From: an uncultured Acidobacteriota bacterium
GTDB taxonomy: Bacteria > Acidobacteriota > Polarisedimenticolia > J045
Assembly (NCBI GenBank): GCA_963702545.1
Contig: CAVPDB010000009.1
Location: 199,743 to 263,742 of the forward strand
Length of the DNA: 64,000 nucleotides
Direction: 5' to 3'
In this document: piece after piece, positions 31,222 through 45,063 of the stretch
Layout of the letters: every line of letters starts with the position of its first letter
Numbering within the stretch: the first letter of the stretch is position 1
Position numbers and translations under genes: made by a program
The notes under the pieces: model-generated
Database searches by the model: none
Told to the model about the DNA's origin: nothing
What the model saw: the letters and a program-made list of their open reading frames with translations, nothing else

Positions 31222-31821
31222 ATGCTCCTCGGCGGCGTGATCGGCGCCCAACGCGAGTTGAGCGGGCATGCGGCCGGATTCCGCACGCACATCCTGATCT
31301 GTGTCAGCTCCACCCTCCTGGTCATCATTTCGTTGAACATGACTGCCGAGAGCGGGGACCCCTCGCGCGTCGCCGCGGCCATCGTCGCGGGGATCGGTTT
31401 TCTGGGTGCGGGCGTGATCCTGCGCGACCAGGGGCGCGTACTGGGGCTGACGACCGCCGCCGGCATCTGGATGGTGGCCGCCATCGGCATCGCGGTGGGG
31501 TTTGGGATGATTGGCCTCGCGGTGCTCGTCGGCGCAATGACCTTCTTTGTTCTGTCGGACTTTCCCCGCATCGCCGAGCTGCTGCGCGGCGGGTGGACGA
31601 CGCGCGAGTATATCCTCACTCTGGCGCACGACGTCGACAGCCAGGAGAAGCTGCGTACGCTGGCACAGGCGCACGAGCTGCGTGTCTATACGCGCACGCA
31701 GCAGTGGCATCCATCCGGACTGCACACGACGGTGCGAGTGACCGGCCGTCGGGCGCGCCAGGATCGGTTCTTCGTCGCCCTGACTGCGCAGCCCTGGGTG
31801 AAAGCGGTGGAGTGGCGGTAG
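31222..31821 (+). CDS. MgtC/SapB family membrane protein
   Basis: LLGGVIGAQRE..GFRTHILICVSS..GIGFLGAGVIL..GLTTAAGIWMVAAIG is the MgtC signature. The true start may lie slightly upstream (CTG at 31210). Confidence 0.8.
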   Translation: MLLGGVIGAQRELSGHAAGFRTHILICVSSTLLVIISLNMTAESGDPSRVAAAIVAGIGFLGAGVILRDQGRVLGLTTAAGIWMVAAIGIAVGFGMIGLAVLVGAMTFFVLSDFPRIAELLRGGWTTREYILTLAHDVDSQEKLRTLAQAHELRVYTRTQQWHPSGLHTTVRVTGRRARQDRFFVALTAQPWVKAVEWR

Positions 31822-31958
31822 GCGGACGGCTTGTGCTGGATATCGTCACGCCGACTGCAACGAAATTGTCCACCGTGTGGGCGATCATGGTAGGATGAGT
31901 AGTCAGTTGCGTCAAGATGCGACGCAAAGAATTGTCTGGATTTCAAAGGGAGCAATTG

Positions 31959-33023
31959 ATGAGTCAGAACGTCCAACCTGGAGCCACGCCCGCCGAAGCC
32001 CCCACTGCCTACGAAGGGTGGCGGGCGATCGTCGCCAAGTACCAGCGTCCCAGCATTTCGAAGGCCACCTGGCAGATCGTCAACTCGTTTGGCGGGCTCT
32101 TCCTGATGTGGGTGCTGATGTACCTCAGCCTCAGCGTCGGCTACTGGCTGACGTTGCTGCTTGGCCATCCCGGCCGCAGGTTTCACGGTGCGTATCTTCA
32201 TTATTCAGCACGACTGTGGCCACGGCTCGTTCTTCAAGTCTCGCAAGGCGAACGACGTCGTCGGTTCGGTGTGCAGCCTCTTCACGTTGGTGTCGTACAG
32301 GTATTGGCGCAAGGCGCACGCGGTCCACCATGCCGATCACGCAGAACTGGAAGAGCGCGGCATCGGCGACGTCTGGACGATGACGGTGGACGAGTATCTG
32401 GCCGCGCCCTGGTGGAAGAAGACGGCCTATCGGGTCTTCCGGAATCCATTCTTCCTCTTCGGGATTGCGCCCGGCGTCAACTTCCTCATCCTCGAACGCT
32501 TTCCGCTCTCGGTTCAGAAGGAGTGGCACAGCGGCGAGCGCGCGTCCGTCTGGTGGACGGATTTTGCCCTCGCCGGCCTGTTCATAGTCGCCGGTCTCTG
32601 GCTCGGATTCGGCGCCGTCCTGGCGATCCTCTTGCCGGTCACGCTGATTGCTGCGAGCGTCGGCACCTGGCTGTTCTACGTCCAGCACCAGTTCGAACGG
32701 ACGTACTGGGAGCATACGCCCGAATGGGATTACACGCTGGCGGCCATGCACGGCAGCTCGTACTATGAGCTGCCCAAGCTGCTGCAGTGGTTCACGGGCA
32801 ACATCGGCTTCCACCACATCCACCACCTGAGCCCCCGCATCCCGAACTACAACCTGGAGAAGTGCCACGTCGAGAATCCGCTGATGCAGCGCGTGGTGCG
32901 CCTGACGATCAGCTCCAGCCTGCAATCGGTGTCGCTGGCCTTGTGGGATGAGGACAAGCGCCGGCTGGTGACCTTCGGCGAGGCGCAGGCTGGCCGCGGC
33001 GTAAGGCAACTCGGGATGGCTGA
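31959..33023 (+). pseudogene. Membrane fatty-acid desaturase, +1 frame break near 32163; 3' end uncertain
   Basis: RBS AAAGGGAG, ATG at 31959. His boxes HDCGH, HAVHH and HHIHH. ORF 31917.. switches to ORF 32161.. at LLL|AIPAAGF. A stop is only reachable by assuming another indel near 33,000 (TGA at 33021-33023 in the adjacent frame). Confidence 0.75.
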
Positions 33024-33036
33024 ACTGAGGGACGCC

Positions 33037-33659
33037 ATGACCGGCAGCGAAAACGCACAACCCCCGCATGATTCATCGCCGCTCGATGCGATGATGCGCC
33101 GGGTGATCGGCGACATCGACGACAAGCAGATCGCGGCGGCGCGCGGCAAGGTGGCGGGCCTGCGCGCCCGCCATCCCCAAGCCACGCCCGACGAGACTCG
33201 CGGAGCTGCTGATCCGCAAGCGCTGCCTCGACACCGGCACCGGTCGGGCTGTTGGCGTCCGCGCCGGCGCTGATCCCCGGCATCGGCTCGACCGTCGCCC
33301 TGACTGCCGGCCTCGTGGCCGACGTGGGCAAGACGATGGAGATGCAGAAGGACCTGATCCTGGAGCTGGCGGCGGTCTACGACCGCGAGCTTGGGCCGGT
33401 GGATCGGCGCAACCTGCTGGTCCTCGCGACGGGCGTCGACTCGGGAAACAAGGTGGCGGCAAAGGCTGCTGGAGACCTGGTGGCCAAGGCTGGCGCCAGG
33501 CTGGCCTTCGGTGGGGGATCGCGTCTGGTCGTGAAGGCCATCCCACTGGTCGGCCTGGTGACGTCGGCGGCCATCAACGTGGTGTCGACCTACCTGATCG
33601 GCCGGCGGGCGCAGGCGTATATGAATCTTGGGCCGGACGTGGCGAGAGGACTGGCGTGA
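33037..33659 (+). pseudogene. Hypothetical protein, tentatively EcsC-like; two frame breaks (near 33197 and 33240)
   Basis: GAGGGA RBS then ATG at 33037. HPQATPDE|LAELLIRKRCLDTGT|VGLLASAPALIPGIGSTVALTAGLVAD reads across three frames. Family call is from memory of the motif pattern only. Confidence 0.4.
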
Positions 33660-33865
33660 TGGTGTCGCGGGCACTGTCAGGGGTGGACGAGCGCAAGCTG
33701 GCGGGACTCCTGGACGAGGTCGCGGCACAGTTGTCGGGCCTCGACGTGCACGCAAAGTGGCTGGGGAGCGCAGCAGTCGGCGCGGGGCGTTCGGTGGGCG
33801 ACTTCCTGCAGACGCAGGGAGGTCGCCTGGCCCGCCGGGGCAAGACGGCGGGCGACGGAGAGTAG
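33656..33865 (+). CDS. Small hypothetical protein (69 aa)
   Basis: ATGA overlap with the preceding ORF; ends 6 nt before the MscS start. No family recognised. It could be a shifted C-terminal piece of the preceding gene. Confidence 0.3.
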   Translation: MMVSRALSGVDERKLAGLLDEVAAQLSGLDVHAKWLGSAAVGAGRSVGDFLQTQGGRLARRGKTAGDGE

Positions 33866-33871
33866 GCGCAC

Positions 33872-34704
33872 ATGCCGACGCAAAGTGAAATCCTGAAGTT
33901 CCTCGTAGAGGCGGGCTTGCGCGTTGGCCTTGCCGCGCTCATCTTTTTCGTGGGGCGCTGGTTGGCGGGGTGGTCGCGGCGCCGGGTGCGGCCGATCCTG
34001 GTGCGGGCCAATTTATCGAAGTCGTTGGTGCTGTTGTTCACCACCCTGTTGTACTACGGCATTTGGGTGGCGACCGCGACCGCCATGCTGGCCGCGATGG
34101 GTGTGCCGCTGAGCTCTGCAGTCTACTGTCGTTGGGATCGTGCTTGTCATCCTGGGAATTGCGCTGCAGCAGACGGTGCGCGATCTGGCGGCCGGGGTCA
34201 TCTTCTTCTTGTTCAAGCCTTTTGCATCCGGAGAGTTGATTGGCACCAATGCATTCATCGGAACCGTTGAAGAAATCCAGCTCTTCAATACGGTGCTTGT
34301 TCAGGGCGACAACAAGGTCGTGATCCTGCCCAATTCCCAGGTGCAGCAGAACGGCATCACCAACTATTCGCGCATGGGGACCTTGCGCATCGACCTGGTC
34401 TTCGGCATCGACTATGGGGACGACCTGCGCAAGGCCAGGCAGGTGCTGGAGGAGATCATGGCGGCAGACCCGCGGGTGCTGCGCGACCCGGCGCCGCAGG
34501 TGATCGTCCTGGCCCTGGGCGACAGCAGCGTGAACCTGGGCGTGCGGCCGTGGGTGAAGGTGCAGGATTACTGGAGCCGTCCAGTTCGATCTGACCGAAC
34601 AGGTGAAGCTGCGCTTCGACGCCGAAGGGATCAAGATCCCCTTCCCCCAGCGCGAGGTGCACGTCTATCCGGCGAACGGGTTTACCGCCACGACGCCGGC
34701 GTAG
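33872..34704 (+). pseudogene. Small-conductance mechanosensitive channel (MscS family), two frame breaks (near 34125 and 34580)
   Basis: Three N-terminal TM helices, then the LQQTVRDLAAGVIFFLFKPFASGELI pore/beta-domain motif. The C-terminus VQFDLTEQVKLRFDAEGIKIPFPQREVHVY is recovered in a third frame; stop at 34702-34704. Confidence 0.8.
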
Positions 34705-35080
34705 TTCTGGCCTGAATTCAAGTCTTCCGAATAGACCACCGTGCACCCAAGGTGGCGCGCTGGCTGCGAGGATGGCAGCGTCCCAGTAGCTGATGCCATA
34801 GCGATTCCACCAGCCAGAGCGCATCTTCCACCACACCCAGAGTAATGGGCTGGATGGAAACAGCGACCAAACGTCGATGAGGTCCCGCGCTTCTCGGTGC
34901 GAAAGCCCCAGCTTGTGTGGGCGCGTTCGCGACCCAGTAAAACTCCTGCAGGACTTGAGTAGAAATGGCTACATCTTCTTCGAGCAACAACCTGCGCGCT
35001 CGCTGCGACTTCGTATGGTCTGTCGGGGCGGAACTCGCAGCATAGAGGAGGACATTCGTGTCAACGAAGCGCATCATCAT
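34665..35080 (-). pseudogene. vapC: PIN-domain toxin VapC, two frame breaks
   Basis: MRFVDTNVLLYA.....QVLQEFYWV, then RYGISYWDAAILAA, then LGCTVVYSEDLNSGQNYAGVVAVNPFAG in three successive frames. ATGA overlap with the upstream antitoxin. Confidence 0.8.
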
Positions 35081-35310
35081 AAACCTCGGTGCGATCGAAG
35101 CGCCCAACGGCCCGCACATCCGCCCGTGAGGTCCGCCTCGCGAAATGCCTGTTCCAGCCGCTGGCGCCGCTCTGCCCGTAACTGGTCTTCAGAACTCAAC
35201 GAACGAAGAAACTCCACGACCAGGCGGCTCACCGATGTGTTTCGTTCGGCGGCCTGGCGGCGCGCGTTTCGATAGGTCTCTTCGTCGACGCTGACCGTGA
35301 TGTTCTTCAT
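35077..35310 (-). CDS. vapB: Ribbon-helix-helix (CopG/VapB-type) antitoxin
   Basis: GGGAG RBS, ATG at 35310. MKNITVSVDEETYRNARRQAAERNTSVSRLVVEFLRSL is an RHH fold pattern. Confidence 0.8.
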   Translation of the reverse strand: MKNITVSVDEETYRNARRQAAERNTSVSRLVVEFLRSLSSEDQLRAERRQRLEQAFREADLTGGCAGRWALRSHRGL

Positions 35311-35494
35311 GAGAGACTCCCTGCGTGTGACTTGTAGCATATCAACTCCCGTCTTCTTCGAATGATATCACAGAATCACAGAAATTGTGAAGAGTTGCCC
35401 GCGGCGGGGCTGTGCTCACCGCTGGCATCTCGCAATCAGATTGTATCGTACGCCGGAGACGGCGTCATGCGACATTTGTCGGATTTGAAACGAC

Positions 35495-35547
35495 AAAAAA
35501 CCTCCCGCCGCGGTTCGGTTGTCACCAACTGAACCTCGGCGGGAGGT
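35495..35547 (-). terminator. Rho-independent terminator downstream of the VOC gene
   Basis: The minus strand reads ACCTCCCGCCGAGGTTCAGTTGGTGACAACCGAACCGCGGCGGGAGGT followed by TTTTTT. Confidence 0.7.
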
Positions 35548-35613
35548 CTCTCCTGCTATCGTCGTCTATGCCGAGTCGAACGCCGCCTCACCGGCGTCCT
35601 CCTCGGCCCCGGC

Positions 35614-36415
35614 TCACGCACCCGGCGGCGGATCCACGAACCCCGGCTCGAACTGCATGATCGTGAAGGCGCCGCCTTGTGGATCCTGCACCACGGCAAA
35701 ATTGCCCATGGCGCCGGCGGGCGTCGGCGGGACGAGGACCCGGCCACCCAGCTCCGCAACCTTGGCGACGGACGCGGCCAGATCCTCCACCATGAAGTAT
35801 ACCGCCCAGTTGGGCGGCACGGGACCCCAATCGTCGCCGATCTGCATCATGCCGGCGTGGCGGCGTCCATGGTTGTCGAAGACGTAGTAGCCGCTGTCGT
35901 CCCGGTCGGCGGTCCAACCGAACACGTGGCTATAGAACGCCAGGGCCTGTTCAGGCGCACGGCGTCTGCAGTTCGTTCCACACCAGCGTGTTTGGCATGT
36001 TGACCAACTGCGCACCGATGTGGTTGCGCGGCTGCCAGATGCCGAAGGCGGCCCCCGTGGCGTCCAGGGCGAGGGTCATGCGCCCCTCTTCCATGACGTC
36101 CATGGGTGGGAACATGACCGTGCCGCCAGCCTCGCTGACCCGCGCAGCCGCGGCGTCCACTTCGCTGCTCTTGACGTACGACGACCAGTTGGGCGGGATG
36201 CCCTGGGCCTGCATGTCCGGGCTCATGGCGCTGAGTCCGGCGACGTTCTTGCCGTCGATCTGCAGCATGGTGTAGACCGTGCCCATGCCCGTGGGGCGAT
36301 CCTCGGCTTCCCAGCCGAAGAGTCCCATGTAAAACGCCTTGGCTGCCTCTGCGTCGGTCGTGTTCAAATCGACCCAACAGACGATCCCATCCGGATACTC
36401 GGTGACGACGTGCAT
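35614..36415 (-). pseudogene. Two-domain VOC (glyoxalase/bleomycin-resistance) family protein, one +1 frame break near 35961
   Basis: ORF 35951..36415 (domain 1, FYMGLFGWEAE) continues as ...WNELQT|RAPEQALAFYSHVFGWTAD in ORF 35614..36015 (domain 2). Confidence 0.8.
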
Positions 36416-36588
36416 GTGTTCTCCTCCTCCTGTGCAATACCACCCGTGCGGCCAACAGTGTGCGGGGCTCTGCTGACAGGCCTATTGTAGCACGAATAGA
36501 ACGTTTGGTCTAGTGGTGGGATCTGGCAAATTCTGTTTTTGCGCCTCTGCGTCGGGCTGTCGACGCAGACCGCATGGAACGATGCGCC

Positions 36589-37002
36589 CTATCCCGCGCC
36601 GGTCGGCGGCGTCAGATTGCTGCTGCAATAGTGGCAGCGGGCCATCGTGGGGGTGACCCACGTGACCTTCTGGGGATCGACCGGCGCGCCGCAGACCGGG
36701 CAGGTCGCCGGCAGCGTGGCCCGGGCGCCGCGGCTCGCCTGCTGGAGCTGGGCTTGCTCCGCCTCGCGATCGGCCAGTCGATGCAGCCAGGCCTGCGTGA
36801 TGCCGCTGATCGCTACCAACACGAGGATGCCAGGAAACCACCAGCCCTGCCATGCGAGAATGGCCAGGCCGATGAGCCAGATGGCGCTCTGGATGGCCTT
36901 CCAATGAGGCGGTAGCTCGCGCTCGCCATCCTCGCGATCAGTCGGTTCTTTGGTTGGTGTGCCGCTGCTTTGAGTCATCTTCGGGTCCTCATTACGAGAC
37001 AT
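36589..37002 (-). CDS. Hypothetical membrane protein with C-terminal zinc-ribbon (CPVCG...CHYC)
   Basis: 137-aa ORF with two TM helices flanked by a charged N-terminus and CxxC...CxxC. No family recognised. Confidence 0.5.
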   Translation of the reverse strand: MSRNEDPKMTQSSGTPTKEPTDREDGERELPPHWKAIQSAIWLIGLAILAWQGWWFPGILVLVAISGITQAWLHRLADREAEQAQLQQASRGARATLPATCPVCGAPVDPQKVTWVTPTMARCHYCSSNLTPPTGAG

Positions 37003-37230
37003 CAGGAAAGTGGTTTGCGAGCGAAATCAAAGTGGGCGACGAGACGATATCTACCGTAGGTTTCGTCATCCTCCAATTGTAAAGTAGCGCATGAATAAGC
37101 CGAAACGCCGCATGGAGACAACACCTTATGCGCCTTGGCCGGTCTTGGGCTAATGGGCGCAGCGCAAGGTGGCGTTCTGCCAACGCTGAGTTGGTGGCGG
37201 CTGTGCTCCTGGCAACGAATCTTCCAATAG

Positions 37231-37266
37231 TAACCCTTGACGATATGATTCTTAAGGGTTATTATG
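37231..37266 (+). promoter_or_regulatory. Candidate higBA promoter (TTGACG-17 nt-TATTAT) embedded in an 8-bp palindrome
   Basis: TTGACG at 37237-37242 and TATTAT at 37260-37265. TAACCCTT (37231-38) pairs with AAGGGTTA (37254-61). The -10 element ends 6 nt before the GTG start. Confidence 0.5.
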
Positions 37267-37271
37267 CCTTC

Positions 37272-37553
37272 GTGATAAAGACATTCAGGGACAGAGAAAC
37301 TGAGAGGGTTTTCAACGGTCAATTTTCCCGGCGGCTGCCACATGATACGCAGCGAATAGCCGAAAGAAAACTGATCATGCTTCATCGAGCCACCTCCCTG
37401 AGCGATCTCCGTGTTCCGCCGTCGAATCGGCTGGAAGCTCTACATGGGCAGAGATCAGGCCAGCACAGTATCCGAATCAACGACCAATGGCGCATCTGTT
37501 TCGAATGGCGAGAAGACGGCGTCTATGACGTTGAAATCGTGGATTATCACTGA
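37272..37553 (+). CDS. higB: HigB-type RelE/ParE-superfamily toxin (plasmid maintenance system killer family)
   Basis: GTG at 37272. IKTFRDRETERVF...PPSNRLEALHGQRSGQHSIRINDQWRICFEWREDGVYDVEIVDYH matches the HigB family pattern. Confidence 0.85.
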   Translation: MIKTFRDRETERVFNGQFSRRLPHDTQRIAERKLIMLHRATSLSDLRVPPSNRLEALHGQRSGQHSIRINDQWRICFEWREDGVYDVEIVDYH

Positions 37554-37558
37554 GTGAG

Positions 37559-37864
37559 GTGTATAGCATGAGAGACTATCCCCCCATCCATCCCGGCGAG
37601 ATCCTGCTGGAAGAGTTCATGAAGCCGATGAATATCAGCCAATACCAGCTGGCGAAGGACATCGGCGTACCCTCGATGCGTATTAGCAAAATTGTGCGCG
37701 GCGAAAGAGGCATAAGCGCAGATACGGCGCTGCGCCTCGCGCGATATTTTGGCATGTCGGTGGAGTTTTGGACCGGAATCCAGACCCACTACGAAATCGA
37801 GAACGCCAAAATGGTCCTGGCTGATCGATTGGAACAGGAAGTCAAGGTGTTGGTCATGGCGTAG
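37559..37864 (+). CDS. higA: HigA antitoxin, XRE-family HTH
   Basis: PIHPGEILLEEFMKPMNISQYQLAKDIGVPSMRISKIVRGERGISADTALRLARYFG is the canonical HigA/VapI HTH. Confidence 0.9.
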   Translation: MYSMRDYPPIHPGEILLEEFMKPMNISQYQLAKDIGVPSMRISKIVRGERGISADTALRLARYFGMSVEFWTGIQTHYEIENAKMVLADRLEQEVKVLVMA

Positions 37865-37963
37865 CGTACAACGCTCACTTCAGGCTGCGATATGCCTCGC
37901 GCAGGGTTTCCCCGATCCGGCGCTAATTGCCCGCACCATCGGTCGAATAGCCATTCTTCTTTC

Positions 37964-40305
<2,342 letters not shown>

Positions 40306-40312
<7 letters not shown>

Positions 40313-41398
40313 ATGCGCGGCAACTGCTCGCCGACCTGCATGTCCACCACCCGGCTGCCGCCGATCCCCGTGCGCGCCACCACGACGCCAGGGTGTTGGT
40401 CGGTCACCTGGCCGATGATCGCCGCCTTGGCGCCCAGCGGATGGCGCCGCATGGCCTCCAGCACGGCTTCGGCCGCGGCCGGCGGGACGATCGCCGCCAG
40501 CTTGCCCTCGTTGGCCACGTAGACCGGATCCATGCCCAGCATGTCGCAGGCAGCCGCCACCGCCAACGGCACGGGCAGCTTGCGCTCGTCGTAGGCGATG
40601 CCCACATGGGAGGCCCGGGCGATCTCGTTGAGCGTAGACGCCAGCCCGCCACGCGTGGGATCGCGCAGGACATGGATATCGCGCGTCACGTCCAGCATGG
40701 CGGCGACCAGCCCGTTGAGGGCGGCGCAATCGCTCTCCACCGGGGCGCCGAACTCCAGCCCCTCGCGCACGCTCAGGACGGCGATGCCGTGCAGCCCCAG
40801 CTCGCCGCTCACGAGGACGACGTCGCCCGGCCGCGCCCGGTCGGGCGCAATGTGCACGCCGTCGGGCACGAGGCCCAGACCGCTGGTGTTGATGAAGACG
40901 CCGTCGCCGTGGCCCTTGTCGACGACCTTGGTGTCGCCGGCCGCCAGGACGACGCCGGCGGTCCGTGCGGCCGCGGCCATAGCCTCGACGATGGCGCCGA
41001 GGCTATCCAGCGGCAGCCCTTCCTCCAGGATGAAGCCGGCGGTGAGGTAGAGCGGCTGGGCGCCCATCATGGCCAGGTCGTTCACCGTGCCGTTGACGGC
41101 CAGGTGGCCGATGTTGCCGCCGGGGAAGAAGAGCGGGCGGACGACGAACGAGTCGGTCGTCAGCGCCAGGCGTGTGCCGCCGACGGTGACCAGCGTGGCG
41201 TCGCCGAGCGCGGCCAGGCCCTCGTTGCGGAACGCGGGCAGGAAGAGGTGTTCCACGAGCTCGGCCGAGAGCTTGCCGCCGCCCGCCGTGGCCCATGACG
41301 ATGTTCGGGTAGGCGCGGAGGGGGAGTGGGCAGGTCCAGCCGGAGAAGTCGAGTGGGTTCGTATCGAGATTGGGTTGACTCTTAGTAGACGACGTCAT
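40306..41398 (-). pseudogene. hypE: Hydrogenase maturation protein HypE, one +1 frame break near 41281
   Basis: ORF 41003..41398 (..CPLPLRAYPNIVMGHGG) joins ORF 40306..41256 (GGKLSAELVEHLF...). AIR-synthase-like fold with the hallmark C-terminal PRIC. Confidence 0.85.
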
Positions 41399-41666
41399 GC
41401 GTTCCTATGGAAATCAAAAGGATGACTTCCTGTTGCCGCTCTTCATCCATCTGGATCGAGAAGACGATCCGACAGTCGTAGCCGCACGAACAGGCAAGCA
41501 GTCCGTATAGTTCGCCGCTTAATTTGTGAGTGCCGAGGGCTGGAGAGAAGACATCGGCGCTCATCTGGCGGAGCGTGAGCTGCACGCGCTCTTGGAGGGC
41601 CGGATTTCGGCGGACGAATCTCCGAAAGGCCCGCCTGAAGCCGGGAGTCTCGACGAGAAGTCTCAT
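41382..41666 (-). CDS. RelE/ParE-superfamily mRNA-interferase-type toxin
   Basis: 94-aa ORF. HKLSGELYGLLACSCGYDCRIVFSI...ISIGTHDVVY fits the RelE/StbE pattern. ATGA overlap with the upstream antitoxin ORF. Confidence 0.75.
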   Translation of the reverse strand: MRLLVETPGFRRAFRRFVRRNPALQERVQLTLRQMSADVFSPALGTHKLSGELYGLLACSCGYDCRIVFSIQMDEERQQEVILLISIGTHDVVY

Positions 41667-41905
41667 TCGTCATCGGATTCCAGCAGCGAGGCATCGAGAC
41701 TCGCGACAATCTCATCAATAGACCGCGGTTCCAGTTCTCCGGCGCGGAATTGAGTAATCGCTGTGCGCGCTTCCTGCGCGATTTGGCGCCGTTCTTCGTC
41801 GATGTGGCGACCACGGACGATATCGAGCAACATCTCTCGCTGCGAGGAAGGCAGTCGTCCAATGGCGTCAAGGACTTGATCCAGGTTCGGATAGGCAGGC
41901 ATCAT
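41663..41905 (-). CDS. Cognate antitoxin (acidic C-terminus)
   Basis: AAGGAA RBS then ATGATG at 41905/41902 (MMPAYPNLDQVLDAIGRLPSSQREMLLDIV...). The longer 98-aa form would overlap the preceding gene. Confidence 0.65.
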   Translation of the reverse strand: MMPAYPNLDQVLDAIGRLPSSQREMLLDIVRGRHIDEERRQIAQEARTAITQFRAGELEPRSIDEIVASLDASLLESDDE

Positions 41906-41936
41906 GAGGGTTTCCTTCAGTTCCCGTGTTGGCCGC

Positions 41937-42431
41937 TCAGTCGTATCCACTGATTCCATAAGTCACGACCGGCTCCGCAGTTGGACGATATTCGAACAAG
42001 GTGCGTTCTACCTCACGCACGGTGAGTCCGAGCTGGTTGGCCCAGAGGCGGAGCTTCGGGAGGTAGTCCAAGCCAACTCTCCAGCGTCAGGTAAGCACCC
42101 TCAGGATCGTAGTCCACTTCTCCATATTGGTACAGCAGGCGCCAGACGCGCCGTATCGATCACGCCATACGATTGCGGATCGTGCACGGCGAGAATGGCC
42201 GACGCAACCGGAATGCCAACCCCCTGCAAGCGGTCCAGGAGGGATATCCGTTTGTACTCTTCACTGGCCGAGAACGCATCTCCTGTCAACCGGACCACTT
42301 CGTCTTCGCTGTTCTTGAGAATTGCGGCAAGTTGGCGTCTCCGCGGCTCTTTCCAGACGTATATCTCAACTAGCTGTTCTCTGCTCAGGTGACGCGGCCT
42401 GTCTGAATTCCGCCAGTTGCCTGGCATCCAT
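41937..42431 (-). pseudogene. Hypothetical helix-hairpin-helix / OGG-fold-like protein, about 3 frame breaks
   Basis: [12 protein letters not shown] | [65 protein letters not shown] | [18 protein letters not shown] | DYLPKLRLWANQLGLTVREVERTLFEY. The GVG.P.AS.IL hairpin motif is present. The family name is tentative. Confidence 0.5.
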
Positions 42432-42512
42432 GCTTCCGACCTGAATTCGGATCGGGTCATCTGACTGTGGGGCGACGATGGCGAAGCAGCTCGATAACTG
42501 GACGGGAACTCT

Positions 42513-43626
<1,114 letters not shown>

Positions 43627-43630
<4 letters not shown>

Positions 43631-43932
43631 GGGGACCCTCCCGCCGCTGAGCGTGGGATGGCTTCGCTCTCGGCGGCCGGCACACCACCCGCATTCAATT
43701 CCTCTTCCAGCCGTCCCATCTCCGTAAACAGCCGGAGCGATTCCAGGGCCGCCGCCTCGTCGAGCTGGGTAATGGCGAAGCCGACGTGGACGATAGTGTA
43801 GTCGCCCACCTCAATCTCCGGCACGTAGGCCAGGCAGACCTCCTTGGTGATGCCGGCGAAGTCGACCTTGCCCATGCGGATGCCGGCTGATTCGTATATC
43901 TCTTTTATCTGCCCTGGAATGCCGAGACACAT
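43627..43932 (-). CDS. hypC: Hydrogenase assembly chaperone HypC/HupF
   Basis: [10 protein letters not shown]-terminus and [16 protein letters not shown] overlap with hypD. Confidence 0.9.
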
Positions 43933-43990
43933 GAGGTCCTCCTGAGGAAGATCCGCGTGCCGCGGGGATCACGCGCGGCGCTCCGGTTGA

Positions 43991-44674
43991 CTATTGGGGG
44001 ACGGCGGCGGGTTGCAGTGAGCGCCGCCGCTCGACCAGATATTCGATCCACGTCTCGAGGCCGGACCCGGTCCGTGCCGATGTCTCGAAAACGGCGATGC
44101 CCGGCCGGACGGCGGCCAGGTTGGCCAACGTTGCGGCCCGGTCGAAGCCCGCCGCATCGGCGATGTCGATCTTCGTCAATACCGCCACGTCGGCGCTGCT
44201 GAACAGCGGCGGGTATTTCAGGGGCTTGTCCTCCCCCTCGGTGACCGCCAGCAGCACCACCCGCAGCCCCTCGCCCAGGTCATAGTCGGCGGGGCAGACC
44301 AGGTTGCCCACGTTCTCGATGAACAGGAAGTCCAGCTCCGCCAGCTCCCAGCCGGCGAGATGGCGGCTGACCAGATCGGCCTCCAGGTGGCAGAGCGTGC
44401 CGGTCTCGATCTGGCGGACGGGCGCGCCGCTGCGGGCCAGGCGCCGGGCGTCGTTGGCCGTGGCCAGGTCGCCCACGAGTGCGGCCGCCCGCCACCCGGC
44501 GGCCACCAGGCGCCGGAGGGTCTCCTCCAGCAGGGCGGTCTTGCCGGTGCCGGGGCTGGAGACCAGGTTGACGGCCAGCACGCCGGCCGCCGTGAAACGC
44601 TGGCGCAGCTCCTGCGCCAGCCGGTCGTTCTTGTCGAGCACTCCCTGCCGAATCTCAAGAATGCGCGGCTGCAT
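43991..44674 (-). CDS. hypB: Hydrogenase nickel-incorporation GTPase HypB
   Basis: Internal ATG at 44674 (MQPRILEI..). SSPGTGKT P-loop, ENVGNLVCP, TKID. Confidence 0.9.
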   Translation of the reverse strand: MQPRILEIRQGVLDKNDRLAQELRQRFTAAGVLAVNLVSSPGTGKTALLEETLRRLVAAGWRAAALVGDLATANDARRLARSGAPVRQIETGTLCHLEADLVSRHLAGWELAELDFLFIENVGNLVCPADYDLGEGLRVVLLAVTEGEDKPLKYPPLFSSADVAVLTKIDIADAAGFDRAATLANLAAVRPGIAVFETSARTGSGLETWIEYLVERRRSLQPAAVPQ

Positions 44675-45063
44675 GGGCGAACTCCGGTTCGTTGGCTGCG
44701 GGTTCTGCGATGTCGGGAACGGTAATCTCCACTGCCCGCAACTCCAGTTCGCGGCCGTGCACCACTTGCGGTGTGGCGTGCCCCGCACTCGGGGCACTGC
44801 AAGATGAAGGGAGCTTCGAGTTGGCGGGTTGCGGCGCACGCGGTGCAGTAGATCTGCACGGGCACGACCTCGATCACCAGCTCTGCGCCCGCGGCCAGCG
44901 TATCTGCGGCGGCGATGGGGAAGCTGAACTGGAGCGCGTCCGGGACGACGCCGGACAGTGCGCCCAGGCGCAGGTGAACGGCGGTGAGTTTGATTGCGCC
45001 GGCGCGCCGGGCTGCATCGTCGGCGAGTTCTACGAGGTTGTAGGCAATCGATAATTCGTGCAT
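44655..45063 (-). pseudogene. hypA: Hydrogenase nickel-insertion protein HypA, one frame break near 44775
   Basis: MHELSIAYNLVE.., CTAC...CPECG zinc site, then ATPQVVHGRELELRAVEITVPD continues in the adjacent frame to the stop at 44655-44657. Confidence 0.8.
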
